Assembly (NCBI RefSeq): GCF_009914755.1
Contig: NC_060941.1
From: the human T2T-CHM13v2.0 reference genome, Homo sapiens
Length of the DNA stretch: 64,000 nucleotides
Strand: one strand, 5' to 3'
The position numbers and the translations under genes are program-made. Positions 15,691-30,900 of this stretch are shown here, in pieces. Each line of letters begins with the position of its first letter. Positions within the stretch are counted from its first letter, which is position 1. The notes under the pieces are model-generated. The model was given only the letters and a program-made list of their open reading frames with translations. It ran no database searches and had not been told where the DNA came from.

Positions 15691-18600
15691 TTCCATTGCA
15701 TTCCATTCCATTGCACTCCATTCCATTCCTTTCCACTCGTGTTGATTCCATTCCGTTCCATTCCATTCCAATACATTCCATTCCATTCCATTCGATTCCA
15801 TTCCACTGGGATTGGTTCCATTGCATTCCATTCCATTCCATACCATTCCATTCCATTCCAGTTGGTGCAAATACTTTCTATTCGATTCAATTCCATTCCA
15901 TTCCACTCCGTTCCCTTCCATTCTATTCCATTCCATTGCATTCCATTCCATTCCAGTTGATTCAATACCATTCTCTTCCGTGCAATTCCATTCGATTCCC
16001 CTCCATTCGATTTCATTGCACTCCACTCGGGTAGATTCCATTCCATTTCATTCCATTCCATTCCATTCCATTCCATTCCATTCATTTCCAGTTGATTCCC
16101 TTCCATTCCATTCCATTATATTCCACTCGGTTTGTTTCCATCGCATTCCATTCCATTCCATTCCATTCTATTCCATTCCACTCCAGTTGAATCAATTTGA
16201 TTCTGTTCCATATCATTCCATTCCATTCCATTCCATACCATTCCATTCCATTGCATTCCATTCCATTCCGTTCCAGTTGATTCAATTCCATACTATTGTA
16301 TTCTTTTCTATTCTATTTGATTCCATTCCATTCCATTCCTCTCGGATGGATTCCATACCATTCCATTCCATTCCGTTCCATTCCATTCGTGTTGTTTCCA
16401 TTCCATTCCATTCCATTCCATTCGAATTCATTCCATTCCTCTCCATGTCACTGGGATTGATTCAATTCCATTCTAATCCATTCCATTCCACTCCATTACA
16501 TTCGATAACATTACATTCCACTCAGTTTGATTCAACTCCATTCCATTCCATTCCATTCCATTCCATTCCATTCCTTTCTATTACACGGCGGTTGATTCCA
16601 TTCCATTCCCTTCCATTCCATTCCACTCGAATGGATTCAATTCCATTCTGTTCCATTCTATTCCATTCCATTCCATTCCATTCCATTCCACTCGGGTTCA
16701 TTCCATTCCATTCCTTTCCATTCCATTCCACTAGGGTTGATTTCCTTACATTCCATTCGAATCCATTCCATTCCATTCCATTCCATTCCATTCCATTCCA
16801 TTCCATTCCATTCCACTCGGGTTGATTCCATTCCATTTCATTCCTTTCCATTCCATTCCATTCCATTCCACTCGGGTTGATTCAATTCCATTCTATTCCA
16901 TTCCATTCCGTTCCATTCCATTCCACTCGGGTTGATACCAGTCCATTCCATTCCATTCCATTCCATTCCATTCGATTTCAGTTGATTCTATTCCTTTCTA
17001 TTCCTTTAAATGCCATTCCATTCCATTCCATTACATTCCAGTTAAATCCGTTATATTCCATTCCATTCCATTCCACTCGGGTTCATTCCATTCTGTTGTA
17101 TTTCATTCCATTCCATTCTATTCCATACCATTCCATTCCATTGCATTCCACTCGGGTTGATTCTATTCCATTCTGTTCCATTGCATTCCATTCCGCTCCG
17201 TTCCATTCCATTGCATTCCATTCGGGTTGATTCAATTCCATTCTATTCCATTCCATTCCATTCCTTTCCACGCGAGTTGATAAAATTCCATTCTATTCCT
17301 TTCCTTTCAATTCCATTCCATTCCATTCCACTCTGGTTGATTACATTCCATTCCATGCCGTTCTATTCCACTCGGTGTGATTCCTTTCCATTCCATTCCC
17401 TTCCATTTCAATCCATTGCTTTCCTTTCCATTCCAATTAATACAATTCCATTCTATTCGATTCCATTCCTTTCCATTCCATTCCATTCCATTCCATTCCA
17501 GTTGATTCCATTCCATTCCTTTCGATTCCATTCCATTGCATTCCATTCCATTCCATTCCACTCGGGTTGATTCCATTCCATTCCAGTCCATTCCATTCCA
17601 CTCGGATGGGTTCCATTCCATTCCATTCCATTCCTTTCCATTCCATTCCGTTCCACTCGGGTTGATTCCGTTCCAATCCATTCCATTCCAATCCATTCCT
17701 TTCCGTTCCATTCCATTCCATTCCATTCCATTCCATTCCATTCCGTTCCATTGCACTAGTTTTGTTTCCATTCCAGTCCATTCCATTCCATTCAAATCCA
17801 TTCCATTCCACTCCATTCCACTAGGATTGATTCAATTCCATTCTATTCCATTCCATTCCATTCCTTTCCATTCCATTACAATGCATTCCACTCAAGTTGA
17901 TTCCATTCCATTCCATTCCATTCCATTCCATTGCATTCCATTCCATTGCACTCCATTCCATTCCTTTCCACTCGTGTTGATTCCATTCCATTCTATTCCA
18001 TTCCAATACATTCCATTCCATTCCATTTGATTCCATTCCACTGGGGTTGGTTCCATTGCATTCCATTCCATTCCATACCATTCCATTCCATTCCAGTTGG
18101 TGCAAATACTTTCTATTCGATTCAATTCCATTCCATTCCACTCCGTTCCCTTCCATTCTATTCCATTCCATTGCATTCCATTCCATTCCAGGTGATTCAA
18201 TACCTTTCTCTTCCGTGCAATTCCATTCGATTCCCCTCCATTCGATTTCATTGCATTCCACTCGGGTAGATTCCATTCCATTTCATTCCATTCCATTCCA
18301 TTCCATTCATTTCCAGTTGATTCCCTTCCATTCCATTCTATTATATTCCACTCGGGTTGTTTCCATCGCATTCCATTCCATTCCAATCCATTCTATTCCG
18401 TTCCAGTCCAGTTGAATCAATTTGATTCTGTTCCATATCATTCCATTCCATTCCATACCATTCCATTCCATTCCATTCCATTCCATTCCATTCCGTTCCA
18501 GTTGATTCAATTCCATACTATTGTATTCTTTTCTATTCTATTTGATTCCATTCCATTCCATTCCTCTTGGATGGATTCCATACCATTTCATTCCATTCCG

Positions 18601-19830
18601 TTCCATTCCATTCGTGTTGTTTCCATTCCATTCCATTCCATTCCATTCGAATTCATTCCATTCCTCTCCATGTCACTGGGATTGATTCAATTCCATTCTA
18701 ATCCATTCCATTCCACTCCATTACATTCGATAACATTACATTCCGCTCAGATTGATTCAACTCCATTCCATTCCATTCCACTCCATTCCATTCCATTCCA
18801 TTCCTTTCTATTACACGGCGGTTGATTCCATTCCATTCCCTTCCATTCCATTCCACTCGAATGGATTCAATTCCATTCTGTTCCATTCTATTCCATTCCA
18901 TTCCATTCCATTCCATTCCACTCGGTTTCATTCCATTCCATTCCTTTCCATTCCATTCCACTAGGGTTGATTTCCTTACATTCCATTCGAATCCATTCCA
19001 TTCCATTCCATTCCATTCCATTCCATTCCATTCCATTCCATTCCATTCCATTCCAATCGGGTTGATTCCATTCCATTTCATTCCTTTCCATTCCATTTCA
19101 TTCCATTCCACTCGGGTTGATTCAATTCCATTCTATTCCATTCCATTCCGTTCCATTCCATTCCACTCGGGTTGATACCAGTCCATTCCATTACATTCCA
19201 TTCCATTCCATTCCATTCGATTTCAGTTGATTCTATTCCTTTCTATTCCATTAAATGCCATTCCATTCCATTCCATTACATTCCAGTTAAATCCGTTATA
19301 TTCCATTCCATTCCATTCCACTCGGGTTCATTCCATTCTGTTGTATTCCATTCCATTCCATTCTATTCCATACCATTCCATTCCATTGCATTCCACTCGG
19401 GTTGATTCTATTCCATTCTGTTCCATTGCATTCCATTCCGCTCCGTTCCATTCCATTGCATTCCATTCGGGTTGATTCAATTCCATTCTATTCCATTCCA
19501 TTCCATTCCTTTCCACGCGAGTTGATAAAATTCCATGCTATTCCTTTCCTTTCAATTCCATTCCATTCCATTCCACTCTGGTTGATTACATTCCATTCCA
19601 TGCCATTCTATTCCACTCGGTGTGATTCCTTTCCATTCCATTCCCTTCCATTTCAATCCATTGCTTTCCTTTCCATTCCAATTAATAGAATTCCATTCTA
19701 TTCGATTCAATTCCTTTCCATTCCATTCCATTCCATTCCATTCCATTCCATTCCAGTTGATTCCATTCCATTCCTTTCGATTCCATTCCATTCCATTCCA
19801 TTCCATTCCACTCGGGTTGATTCCATTCCA

Positions 19831-20470
19831 TTCCAGTCCATTCCATTCCACTCGGATGGGTTCCATTCCATTCCATTCCTTTCCATTCCATTCCATTCCA
19901 CTCGGGTTCATTCCGTTCCAATCCATTCCTTTCCGTTCCATTGGATTCCATTCCATTCCATTCCATTCCATTCCATTCCATTCCGTTCCATTGCACTAGT
20001 TTTGTTTCCATTCCAGTCCATTCCATTCCATTCAAATCCATTCCATTCCACTCCATTCCACTAGGATTGATTCAATTCCATTCTATTCCATTCCATTCCA
20101 TTCCTTTCCATTCCATTACAATGCATTCCACTCAAGTTGATTCCATTCCAGTCCACTCCATTCCACTCGGATGGGTTCCATTCCATTCCATTCCATTCCT
20201 TTCCATTCCATTCCGTTCCACTAGGGTTGATTCCGTTCCAATCCATTCCATTCCAATCCATTCCTTTCCGTTCCATTCCATTCCATTCCATTCCATTCCA
20301 TTCCATTCAATTCCGTTCCATTGCACTAGTTTTGTTTCCATTCCTGTCCATTCCATTCCATTCAAATCCATTCCATTCCACTCCATTCCACTAGGATTGA
20401 TTCAATTCCATTCTATTCCATTCCATTCCTTTCCATTCCATTACAATGCATTCCACTCAAGTTGATTCCA
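19831..20470 (+). repeat. Second occurrence of the same ~320 bp internal duplication
   Basis: CTCGGATGGG at 19851 and 20166, ACTAGT at 19995 and 20325, TTACAATG at 20116 and 20441. The junction CTCAAGTTGATTCCATTCCAGTCCA is the same as at ~15356. Confidence 0.9.
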
Positions 20471-23400
20471 TTCCATTCCATTGCATTCCATTCCATTGCA
20501 CTCCATTCCATTCCTTTCCACTCGTGTTGATTCCATTCCGTTCCATTCCATTCCAATACATTCCATTCCATTCCATTCGATTCCATTCCACTGGTGTTGG
20601 TTCCATTGCATTCCATTCCATTCCATACCATTCCATTCCATTCCAGTTGGTGCAAATACTTTCTATTCGATTCAATTCCATTCCATTCCACTCCGTTCCC
20701 TTCCATTATATTGCATTCCATTGCATTCCATTCCATTCCAGTTGATTCAATACCATTCTCTTCCGTGCAATTCCATTCGATTCCCCTCCATTCGATTTCA
20801 TTGCATTCCACTCGGGTAGATTCCATTCCATTTCATTCCATTCCATTCCATTCCATTCATTTCCAGTTGATTCCCTTCCATTCCATTCCATTATATTCCA
20901 CTCGGTTTGTTTCCATCGCATTCCATTCCATTCCATTCCATTCTATTCCATTCCACTCCAGTTGAATCAATTTGATTCTGTTCCATATCATTCCATTCCA
21001 TTCCATTCCATACCATTCCATTCCACTCCATTCCATTCCATTCCGTTCCAGTTGATTCAATTCCATACTATTGTATTCTTTTCTATTCTATTTGATTCCT
21101 TTCCATTCCATTCCTCTCGGATGGATTCCATACCATTCCATTCCATTCCGTTCCATTCCATTCGTGTTGTTTCCATTCCATTCCATTCGAATTCATTCCA
21201 TTCCTCTCCATGTCACTGGGATTGATTCAATTCCATTCTAATCCATTCCATTCCACTCCATTACATTCGATAACATTACATTCCACTCAGTTTGATTCAA
21301 CTCCATTCCATTCCATTCCATTCCATTCCATTCCATTCCTTTCTATTACACGGCGGTTGATTCCATTCCATTCCCTTCCATTCCATTCCACTCGAATGGA
21401 TTCAATTCCATTCTGTTCCATTCTATTCCATTCCATTCCACTCGGTTTCATTCCATTCCATTCCTTTCCATTCCATTCCACTAGGGTTGATTTCCTTACA
21501 TTCCATTCGAATCCATTCCATTCCATTCCATTCTATTCCATTCCATTCCATTCCATTCCATTCCATTCCACTCGGGTTGATTCCATTCCGTTTCATTCCT
21601 TTCCATTCCATTCCATTCCATTCCACTCGGGTTGATTCAATTCCATTCTATTCCATTCCATTCCGTTCCATTCCATTCCACTCGGGTTGATACCAGTCCA
21701 TTCCATTCCATTCCATTCCATTCCATTCCATTCGATTTCAGTTGATTCTATTCCTTTCTATTCGATTAAATGCCATTCCATTCCATTCCATTACATTCCA
21801 GTTAAATCCGTTATATTCCATTCCATTCCATTCCACTCGGGTTCATTCCATTCTGTTGTATTCCATTCCATTCCATTCTATTCCATACCATTCCATTCCA
21901 TTGCATTCCACTCGGGTTGATTCTATTCCATTCTGTTCCATTGCATTCCATTCCGCTCCGTTCCATTCCATTGCATTCCATTCGGGTTGATTCAATTCCA
22001 TTCTATTCCATTCCATTCCATTCCTTTCAACGCGAGTTGATAAAATTCCATTCTATTCCTTCCCTTTCAATTCCATTCCATTCCATTCCACTCTGGTTGA
22101 TTACATTCCATTCCATGCCATTCTATTCCACTCGGTGTGATTCCTTTCCATTCCATTCCCTTCCATTTCAATCCATTGCTTTCTCTTCCATTCCAATTTA
22201 TACAATTCCATTCTATTCGATTCCATTCCTTTCCATTCCATTCCATTCCATTCTATTCCATTCCATTCCATTCCAGTTGATTCCATTCCATTCCTTTCGA
22301 TTCCATTCCATTCCATTCCATTCCATTCCATTCCATTCCATTCCACTCGGGTTGATTCCATTCCATTCCAGTCCATTCCATTCCACTCGGATGGGTTCCA
22401 TTCCGTTCCATTCCATTCCGTTCCATTCCATTCCGTTCCACTCGGGTTGATTCCGTTCCAATCCATTCCATTCCAATCCATTCCTTTCCGTTCCATTCCA
22501 TTCCATTCCATTCCATTCCATTCCATTCCATTCCGTTCCATTGCACTAGTTTTATTTCCATTCCAGTCCATTCCTTTCCATTCAAATCCATTCCATTCCA
22601 CTCCATTCCACTAGGATTGATTCAATTCCATTCTATTCCATTCCATTCCATTCCTTTCCATTCCATTACAATGCATTCCACTCAAGTTGATTACATTCCA
22701 TTCCATTCCATTCCGTTGCATTCCATTCCATTGCACTCCATTCCATTCCTTTCCACTCGTGTTGATTCTATTCCATTCCATTCCATTCCATTCCAATACA
22801 TTCCATTCCATTCCATTTGATTCCATTCCACTGGGGTTGGTTCCATTGCATTCCATTCCATTCCATACCATTCCATTCCATTCCAGTTGGTGCAAATACT
22901 TTCTATTCGATTCAATTCCATTCCATTCCACTCCGTTCCCTTCCATTCTATTCCATTCCAATGCATTCCATTCCATTCCAGTTGATTCAACACCATTCTC
23001 TTCCGTGCAATTCCATTCGATTCCCCTCCATTCGATTTCATTGCATTCCACTCGGGTAGATTCCATTCCATTTCATTCCATTCCATTCCATTCCATTCAT
23101 TTCCAGTTGATTCCCTTCCATTCCATTCTATCATATTCCACTCGGGTTGTTTCCATCGCATTCCATTCCATTCCATTCCATTCCATTCTATTCCATTCCA
23201 CTCCAGTTGAATCAATTTGATTCTGTTCCATATCATTCCATTCCATTCCATTCCATACCATTCCATTCCATTCCATTCCATTCCATTCCATTCCATTCCG
23301 TTCCAGTTGATTCAATTCCATACTATTGTATTCTTTTCTATTCTATTTGATTCCATTCCATTCCATTCCTCTTGGATGGATTCCATACCATTCCATTCCA

Positions 23401-26400
23401 TTCCGTTCCATTCCATTCGTGTTGTTTCCATTCCATTCCATTCCATTCCATTCGAATTCATTCCATTCCTCTCCATGTCACTGGGATTGATTCAATTCCA
23501 TTCTAATCCATTCCATTCCACTCCATTACATTCGATAACATTACATTCCACTCAGATTGATTCAACTCCATTCCATTCCATTCCACTCCATTCCATTCCA
23601 TTCCATTCCTTTCTATTACACGGCGGTTGATTCCATTCCATTCCCTTCCATTCCATTCCACTCGAATGGATTCAATTCCATTCTGTTCCATTCTATTCCA
23701 TTCCATTCCATTCCATTCCATTCCACTCGGTTTCATTCCATTCCATTCCTTTCCATTCCATTCCACTAGGGTTGATTTCCTTACATTCCATTCGAATCCA
23801 TTCCATTCCATTCCATTCCATTCCATTCCATTCCATTCCATTCCATTCCATTCCACTCGGGTTGATTCCATTCCATTTCATTCCTTTCCATTCCATTCCA
23901 TTCCATTCCACTCGGGTTGATTCAATTCCATTCTATTCCATTCCATTCCGTTCCATTCCATTCCACTCGGGTTGATACCAGTCCATTCCATTCCATTCCA
24001 TTCCATTCCATTCGATTTCAGTTGATTCTATTCCTTTCTATTCAATTAAATGCCATTCCATTCCACTCCATTACATTCCAGTTAAATCCGTTATATTCCA
24101 TTCCATTCCATTCCACTCGGGTTCATTCCATTCTGTTGTATTCCATTCCATTCCATTCTATTCCATACCATTCCATTCCATTGCATTCCACTCGGGTTGA
24201 TTCTATTCCATTCTGTTCCATTGCATTCCATTCCGCTCCGTTCCATTCCATTGCATTCCATTCGGGTTGATTCAATTCCATTCTATTCCATTCCATTCCA
24301 TTCCTTTCCACGCGAGTTGATAAAATTCCATTCTATTCCTTTCCTTTCAATTCCATTCCATTCCATTCCACTCTGGTTGATTACATTCCATTCCATGCCG
24401 TTCTATTCCACTCGGTGTGATTCCTTTCCATTCCATTCCATTCCATTTCAATCCATTGCTTTCCTTTCCATTCCAATTAATACAATTCCATTCTATTCGA
24501 TTCCATTCCTTTCCATTCCATTCCATTCCATTCCAATCCATTCCATTCCATTCCATTCCATTCCATTCCATTCCAGTTGATTCCATTCCATTCCTTTCGA
24601 TTCCATTCCATTCCATTCCATTCCATTCCATTCCATTCCATTCCACTCGGGTTGATTCCATTCCATTCCAGTCCATTCCATTCCACTCGGATGGGTTCCA
24701 TTCCATTCCATTCCATTCCTTTCCATTCCATTCCATTCCACTCGGGTTGATTCCGTTCCAATCCATTCCATTCCAATCCATTCCTTTCCGTTCCATTGGA
24801 TTCCATTCCATTCCATTCCATTCCATTCCATTCCATTCCATTCCGTTCCATTGCACTAGTTTTGTTTCCATTCCAGTCCATTCCATTCCATTCAAATCCA
24901 TTCCATTCCGCTCCATTCCACTAGGATTGATTCAATTCCATTCTATTCCATTCCATTCCATTCCTTTCCATTCCATTACAATGCATTCCACTCAAGTTTA
25001 TTCCATTCCATTCCATTCCATTCCATTGCATTCCATTCCATTGCACTCCATTCCATTCCTTTCCACTCGTGTTGATTCCATTCCGTTCCATTCCATTCCA
25101 ATACATTCCATTCCATTCCATTCGATTCCATTCCACTGGGGTTGGTTCCATTGCATTCCATTCCATTCCATACCATTCCATTCCATTCCAGTTGGTGCAA
25201 ATACTTTCTATTCGATTCAATTCCATTCCATTCCACTCCGTTCCCTTCCATTCTATTCCATTCCATTGCATTCCATTCCATTCCAGTTGATTCAATACCA
25301 TTCTCTTCCGTGCAATTCCATTCGATTCCCCTCCATTCGATTTCATTGCATCCCACTCGGGTAGATTCCATTCCATTTCATTCCATTCCATTCCATTCCA
25401 TTCATTTCCAGTTGATTCCCTTCCATTCCATTCCGTTATATTCCATTCGGGTTGTTTCCATCGCATTCCATTCCATTCCATTCCATTCTATTCCATTCCA
25501 CTCCAGTTGAATCAATTTGATTCTGTTCTATATCATTCCATTCCATTCCATTCCATTCCATTCCATTCCATTCCATTCCATTCCGTTCCAGTTGATTCAA
25601 TTCCATACTATTGTATTCTTTTCTATTCTATTTGATTCCATTCCATTCCATTCCTCTTGGATGGATTCCATACCATTCCATTCCATTCCGTTCCATTCCA
25701 TTCGTGTTGTTTCCATTCCATTCCATTCCATTCCATTCGAATTCATTCCATTCCTCTCCATGTCACTGGGATTGATTCAATTCCATTCTCATCCATTCCA
25801 TTCCACTCCATTACATTCGATAACATTACATTCCACTCAGTTTGATTCAACTCCATTCCATTCCATTCCATTCCATTCCATTCCATTCCATTCCATTCCA
25901 TTCCTTTCTATTACACGGCGGTTGATTCCATTCCATTCCCTTCCATTCCATTCCACTCGAATGCATTCAATTCCATTCTGTTCCATTCTATTCCATTCCA
26001 TTCCATTCCATTCCATTCCACTCGGGTTCATTCCATTCCATTCCTTTCCATTCCATTCCACTAGGGTTGATTTCCTTACATTCCATTCGAATCCATTCCA
26101 TTCCACTCCATTCCATTCCATTCCATTCCATTCCATTCCACACGGGTTGATTCCATTCCATTTCATTCCTTTCCATTCCATTCCATTCCATTCCACTCGG
26201 GTTGATTCAATTCCATTCTATTCCATTCCATTCCGTTCCATTCCATTCCACTCGGGTTGATACCAGTCCATTCCATTCCATTCCATTCCATTCCATTCCA
26301 TTCGATTTCAGTTGATTCTATTCCTTTCTATTCGATTAAATGCCATTCCATTCCATTCCATTACATTCCAGTTAAATCCGTTATATTCCATTCCATTCCA

Positions 26401-26480
26401 TTCCACTCGGGTTCATTCCATTCTGTTGTATTCCATTCCATTCCATTCTATTCCATACCATTCCATTCCATTGCATTCCA

Positions 26481-26730
26481 CTCGGGTTGATTCTATTCCG
26501 TCCTGTTCCATTGCATTCCATTCCGCTCCGTTCCATTCCATTGCATTCCATTCGGGTTGATTCAATTCCATTCTATTCCATTCCATTCCATACCATTCCA
26601 TTCCATTGCGTTCCACTCGGGTTGATTCTATTCCATTCTGTTCCATTGCATTCCATTCCGCTCCGTTCCATTCCATTGCATTCCATTCGGGTTGATTCAA
26701 TTCCATTCTATTCCATTCCATTCCATTCCT
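26481..26730 (+). repeat. Private 135 bp tandem duplication within a 2.2 kb unit
   Basis: TTCCGCTCCG at 26521 and 26656, with its flanks repeated; it occurs once in every other unit. Confidence 0.88.
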
Positions 26731-27915
26731 TTCCACGCGAGTTGATAAAATTCCATTCTATTCCTTTCCTTTCAATTCCATTCCATTCCATTCCACTCTG
26801 GTTGATTACATTCCATTCCATGCCATTCTATTCCACTCGGTGTGATTCCTTTCCATTCCATTCCCTTCCATTTCAATCCATTGCTTTCCTTTCCATTCCA
26901 ATTAATACAATTCCATTCTATTCGATTCCATTCCTTTCCATTCCATTCCATTCCATTCCATTCCATTCCAGTTGATTCCATTCCATTCCTTTCGATTCCA
27001 TTCCATTCCATTCCATTCCACTCGGGTTGATTCCATTCCATTCCAGTCCATTCCATTCCACTCGGATGGGTTCCATTCCATTCCATTCCATTCCTTTCCA
27101 TTCCATTCCGTTCCACTCGGGTTGATTCCGTTCCAATCCATTCCATTCCAATCCATTCCTTTCCGTTCCATTCCATTCCATTCCATTCCATTCCATTCCA
27201 TTCCATTCCGTTCCATTGCACTAGTTTTGTTTCCATTCCTGTCCATTCCATTCCATTCAAATCCATTTCATTCCACTCCATTCCACTAGGATTGATTCAA
27301 TTCCATTCTATTCCATTCCATTCCATTCCTTTCCATTCCATTACAATGCATTCCACTCAAGTTGATTCCATTCCATTCCATTCCATTCCATTGCATTCCA
27401 TTCCATTGCACTCCATTCCATTCCTTTCCACTCGTGTTGATTCCATTCCGTTCCATTCCATTCCAATACATTCCATTCCATTCCATTCGATTCCATTCCA
27501 CTGGGGTTGTTTCCATTGCATTCCATTCCATTCCATACCATTCCATTCCATTCCAGTTGATCCAAATACTTTCTATTCGATTCAATTCCATTCCATTCCA
27601 CTCCGTTCCCTTCCATTCTATTCCATTCCGTTGCATTCCATTCCATTCCAGTTGATTCAATACCATTCTCTTCCGTGCAATACCATTCGATTCCACTCCA
27701 TTCGATTTCTTTGCATTACACTCGGGTAGATTCCATTCCATTTCATTCCATTCCATTCCATTCCTTTCATTTCCAGTTGATTCCCTTCCATTCCATTCCA
27801 TTCTATTCCATTCCACTCCAGTTGAATCAATTTGATTCTATTCCATATCATTCCATTCCATTCCATTCCATACCATTCCATTCCATTCCATTCCGTTTCA
27901 GTTGATTCAATTCCA

Positions 27916-30900
27916 TTCTATTCCTTTCCATTCAATTTCATTCGATTCCATTCGATTCCATTCCACTCCATTCCAATCTGTTCCATTCCAATGCATTCCT
28001 TTCCATTCCATGCCATTCCACTGAGGTTGATTCAATTCCATTCTATTCCATTCCATGGCATTCCATTCCATTCCAGTTGATTCAATTCCATTATATTCCA
28101 TTCCATGCCATTCCTTTCCATTCCATTCCATGCCATTCCTTTCCATTCCATTCCATTCCAGTTGAATCCTTTCAATTCCATTCCATTCCATTCCATTCCA
28201 TTCCATTCCATTCCATTCCACACTGGTTGATTAAATTCCATTCCATTCCATTCCATTCCAATTGATTCAATTCCATTCTATTTCGTGTCACTCCATTCCA
28301 TTGCATTCCATTGGTTTCCATTTCATTCCATTCCACTCCACATGATTCATTTCCATTCTATTCCACTCCATTCCATTCCAATCCATTCCAGTTGATTCAA
28401 TTCCATTCTATTCAATTTCATTCCATTCCATTCCATTCCATTCCATTCCATTCCATTCCATTCCATTCCATTCCAGTTGATGCATTTCCATTGTATTCCA
28501 TTCCATTCTATTCCATTCCATTACATTCCGTACCGTTCGTTTGATTGGCATTGCATTCCACTGCATTCCATTCCATTCCATTCCATTCTACTCGGGTTGA
28601 TTCAATTCCATTCTATTGCTTTCCATTCCATTCCAATCCATTCCATTCCATTGCAGTTGATTGAATTCTATTGTAATTCATTCCTTTCCATTCCATTCCA
28701 TTCCATCCCAGTTGATTTAATTCCATTCTATTCCATTCCATTGCATTCCATTCCATTCCAGTAGATTCAATTCCATTCTTTTCCATTCGATTCCATTTCG
28801 TTCCATTTCATTCCATTCCATTCCACTCGATTTGATTCAGTTCTATTTCATTCCATTAAATTCCATTCCACTAGGGTTGATTTATTTCCATTCTATTCCA
28901 TTCCATCGCACTCCATTCCATTCCATTCTATTCCATTCCATTCCGTTCCATTCCGTTCCATTCCACTGCATTCCAGTTGATTCCATTCAATTCCATTCCA
29001 TTCTATTCCATTCAATTCGATTCGAGTCCAGGTGATTCAATTTCATTCTATTCCACTCCATTCTATACCATTTCATTCCATTAAATTCCATTCCACTAGG
29101 CTTGATTCAATTCTGTTCCATTCCATTCCATTCCATTCCACTAGGTTTGATTCAATTCCATTCCCTCCCGTTCCAATCCATTCCATTCCATTCTATTCCT
29201 TTAAATTCCTTTGCTTTCTACTCGGGTTGATTCTATTGCATTCTTTTCCATTGCATTCCATACCATTCCATTCCATTCTACTCCACTCGGGTTCATCCAA
29301 TTCCATTCCATTCCATTCCATTCCATTCCATTCCATTCCATTCCTTTCCTATCCATTCCACTCCAGTCGGGTTGACTCAATTCCATTCTAGTCATTTCCA
29401 TTCCATTCCATTCCATTCCATTCCTTTCCATTCCATTCCATTCTATTCCATTCCTTTCCATTCCATTACATTGCATTCCATTCCACTCGGTTTGATTGCA
29501 TTCCATTCCATTCCATGTCATTCCAATCCATTCCATTCCATTGCATTCCAGTTGATTCAATTCCATACCATTCCATTCCATTCCATTCCATTCCATTCCA
29601 TTCCATTCCATTGCGCTCCATTCCATTGCATTCCACTCGCCTTGATTCAATTCTATTCTATTCCATTCCATTCCATTCCATTCCATTGCATTCCATTACA
29701 CTCGGTTTGATTCCATTCCATTCCATTCCATTCCAGTTGATTCAATTCCGTTCTATTCCATTCTTTTTCATTCCATTCCATTCCATTCCAATCCAGTTCA
29801 TTCCATTCCAATTCATTCCATTCCATTCCATTCCAGTTTATTCCATTCCACTCCATTCCCTTCCATTCGATTCCATTCCATTCCATTGCATACCATTCCA
29901 TTCCACTCAGATTGATTGAATTCCAATCTATTTCATTCCATTCCATTCCATTCCACTCGGGTTGATTCCATTCCATTCCATTCCTTACAATTCAAATCCA
30001 TTCCGTTCCATTTGATTCAATTCCATTCTATTCCATTTCACTCGATTCCATTCCATTCCATTCCAATCCATTCCATTCCTTTCCTCTCTGTTTGACTCCA
30101 TTCCATTCCTTGCCATTCGCTTCCATTCCATCGCATTCCACTGTGGTTGATTCCATTCCATTCCATTCCATTCCATTCCATTCCATTCCATTCCATTCCA
30201 TTCAGTTCCACTCCATTCGATTCCACTCGTGTTGATTCCATTCCATTCCATTGCATTCCATTCCATTCCAGTTGATTCAATTCAATTCCATTCCATTCCA
30301 TTCCATTTCTTTCCATTTCATTCCATTCCATTCCACTCGGGTTGATTCAGTTCTATTCCATTACATTAAATTCCATTCCACTTGGGTTGATTCAATTCCA
30401 TTCTATTCCATTCCATCGCACTCCATTCCATTCCATTCCATTCCATTCCGCTCCATTCCATTGCATTCCACTCGCCTTGATTCCATTCTATTCTATTCCA
30501 TTCCATTCCATTCCATTCCATTACACTCGGTTTGATTCCATTCCATTCCATTCCATTCCATTCCATTCCATTCCATTCCATTCCATTCCATTCCAATACA
30601 GTTCATTCCATTCTATTCCATTCCATTTCTTTCCATTTCATTCCATTCCATTCCACTCGGGTTGATTCAGTTCTATTCCATTCCATTAAATTCCATTCCA
30701 CTTGGGTTGATTCAATTCCATTCTATTCCGTTCCATCACACTCCATTCCATTCCATTCCATTCCATTCCATTCCATTCCATTGCATTCCAATCCATTCCA
30801 TTCCATTGCATTACAGTTGATTCCATTCCATTTCATTCCATTCCATTCTATTCCATTCAATTCCATTCGAGTCCAGTTGATTCAATTCCATTCTATTCCA

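Larger units (their letters stand above)
1..27915 (+). repeat. Tandem array of a ~2.2 kb higher-order repeat (about 12.5 copies)
   Basis: Marker CGCGAGTTGATAAAA at 1471, 3721, 5951, 8131, 10286, 12501, 14711, 17271, 19516, 22031, 24311, 26736 (spacings 2250, 2230, 2180, 2155, 2215, 2210, 2560, 2245, 2515, 2280, 2425). Other markers (TGCAAATACT, TGTCACTGGG, GTTAAATCCG, ACTAGTTTT) recur in the same order in each unit. Confidence 0.95.

Noticed and set aside
1-27915. CRISPR-like pattern of a recurring ACTCGGGTTGATTC word with variable spacers
   Set aside because: The spacers are the same CATTC satellite, irregular in length and repeated every 2.2 kb. There are no unique spacers, leader or cas genes.
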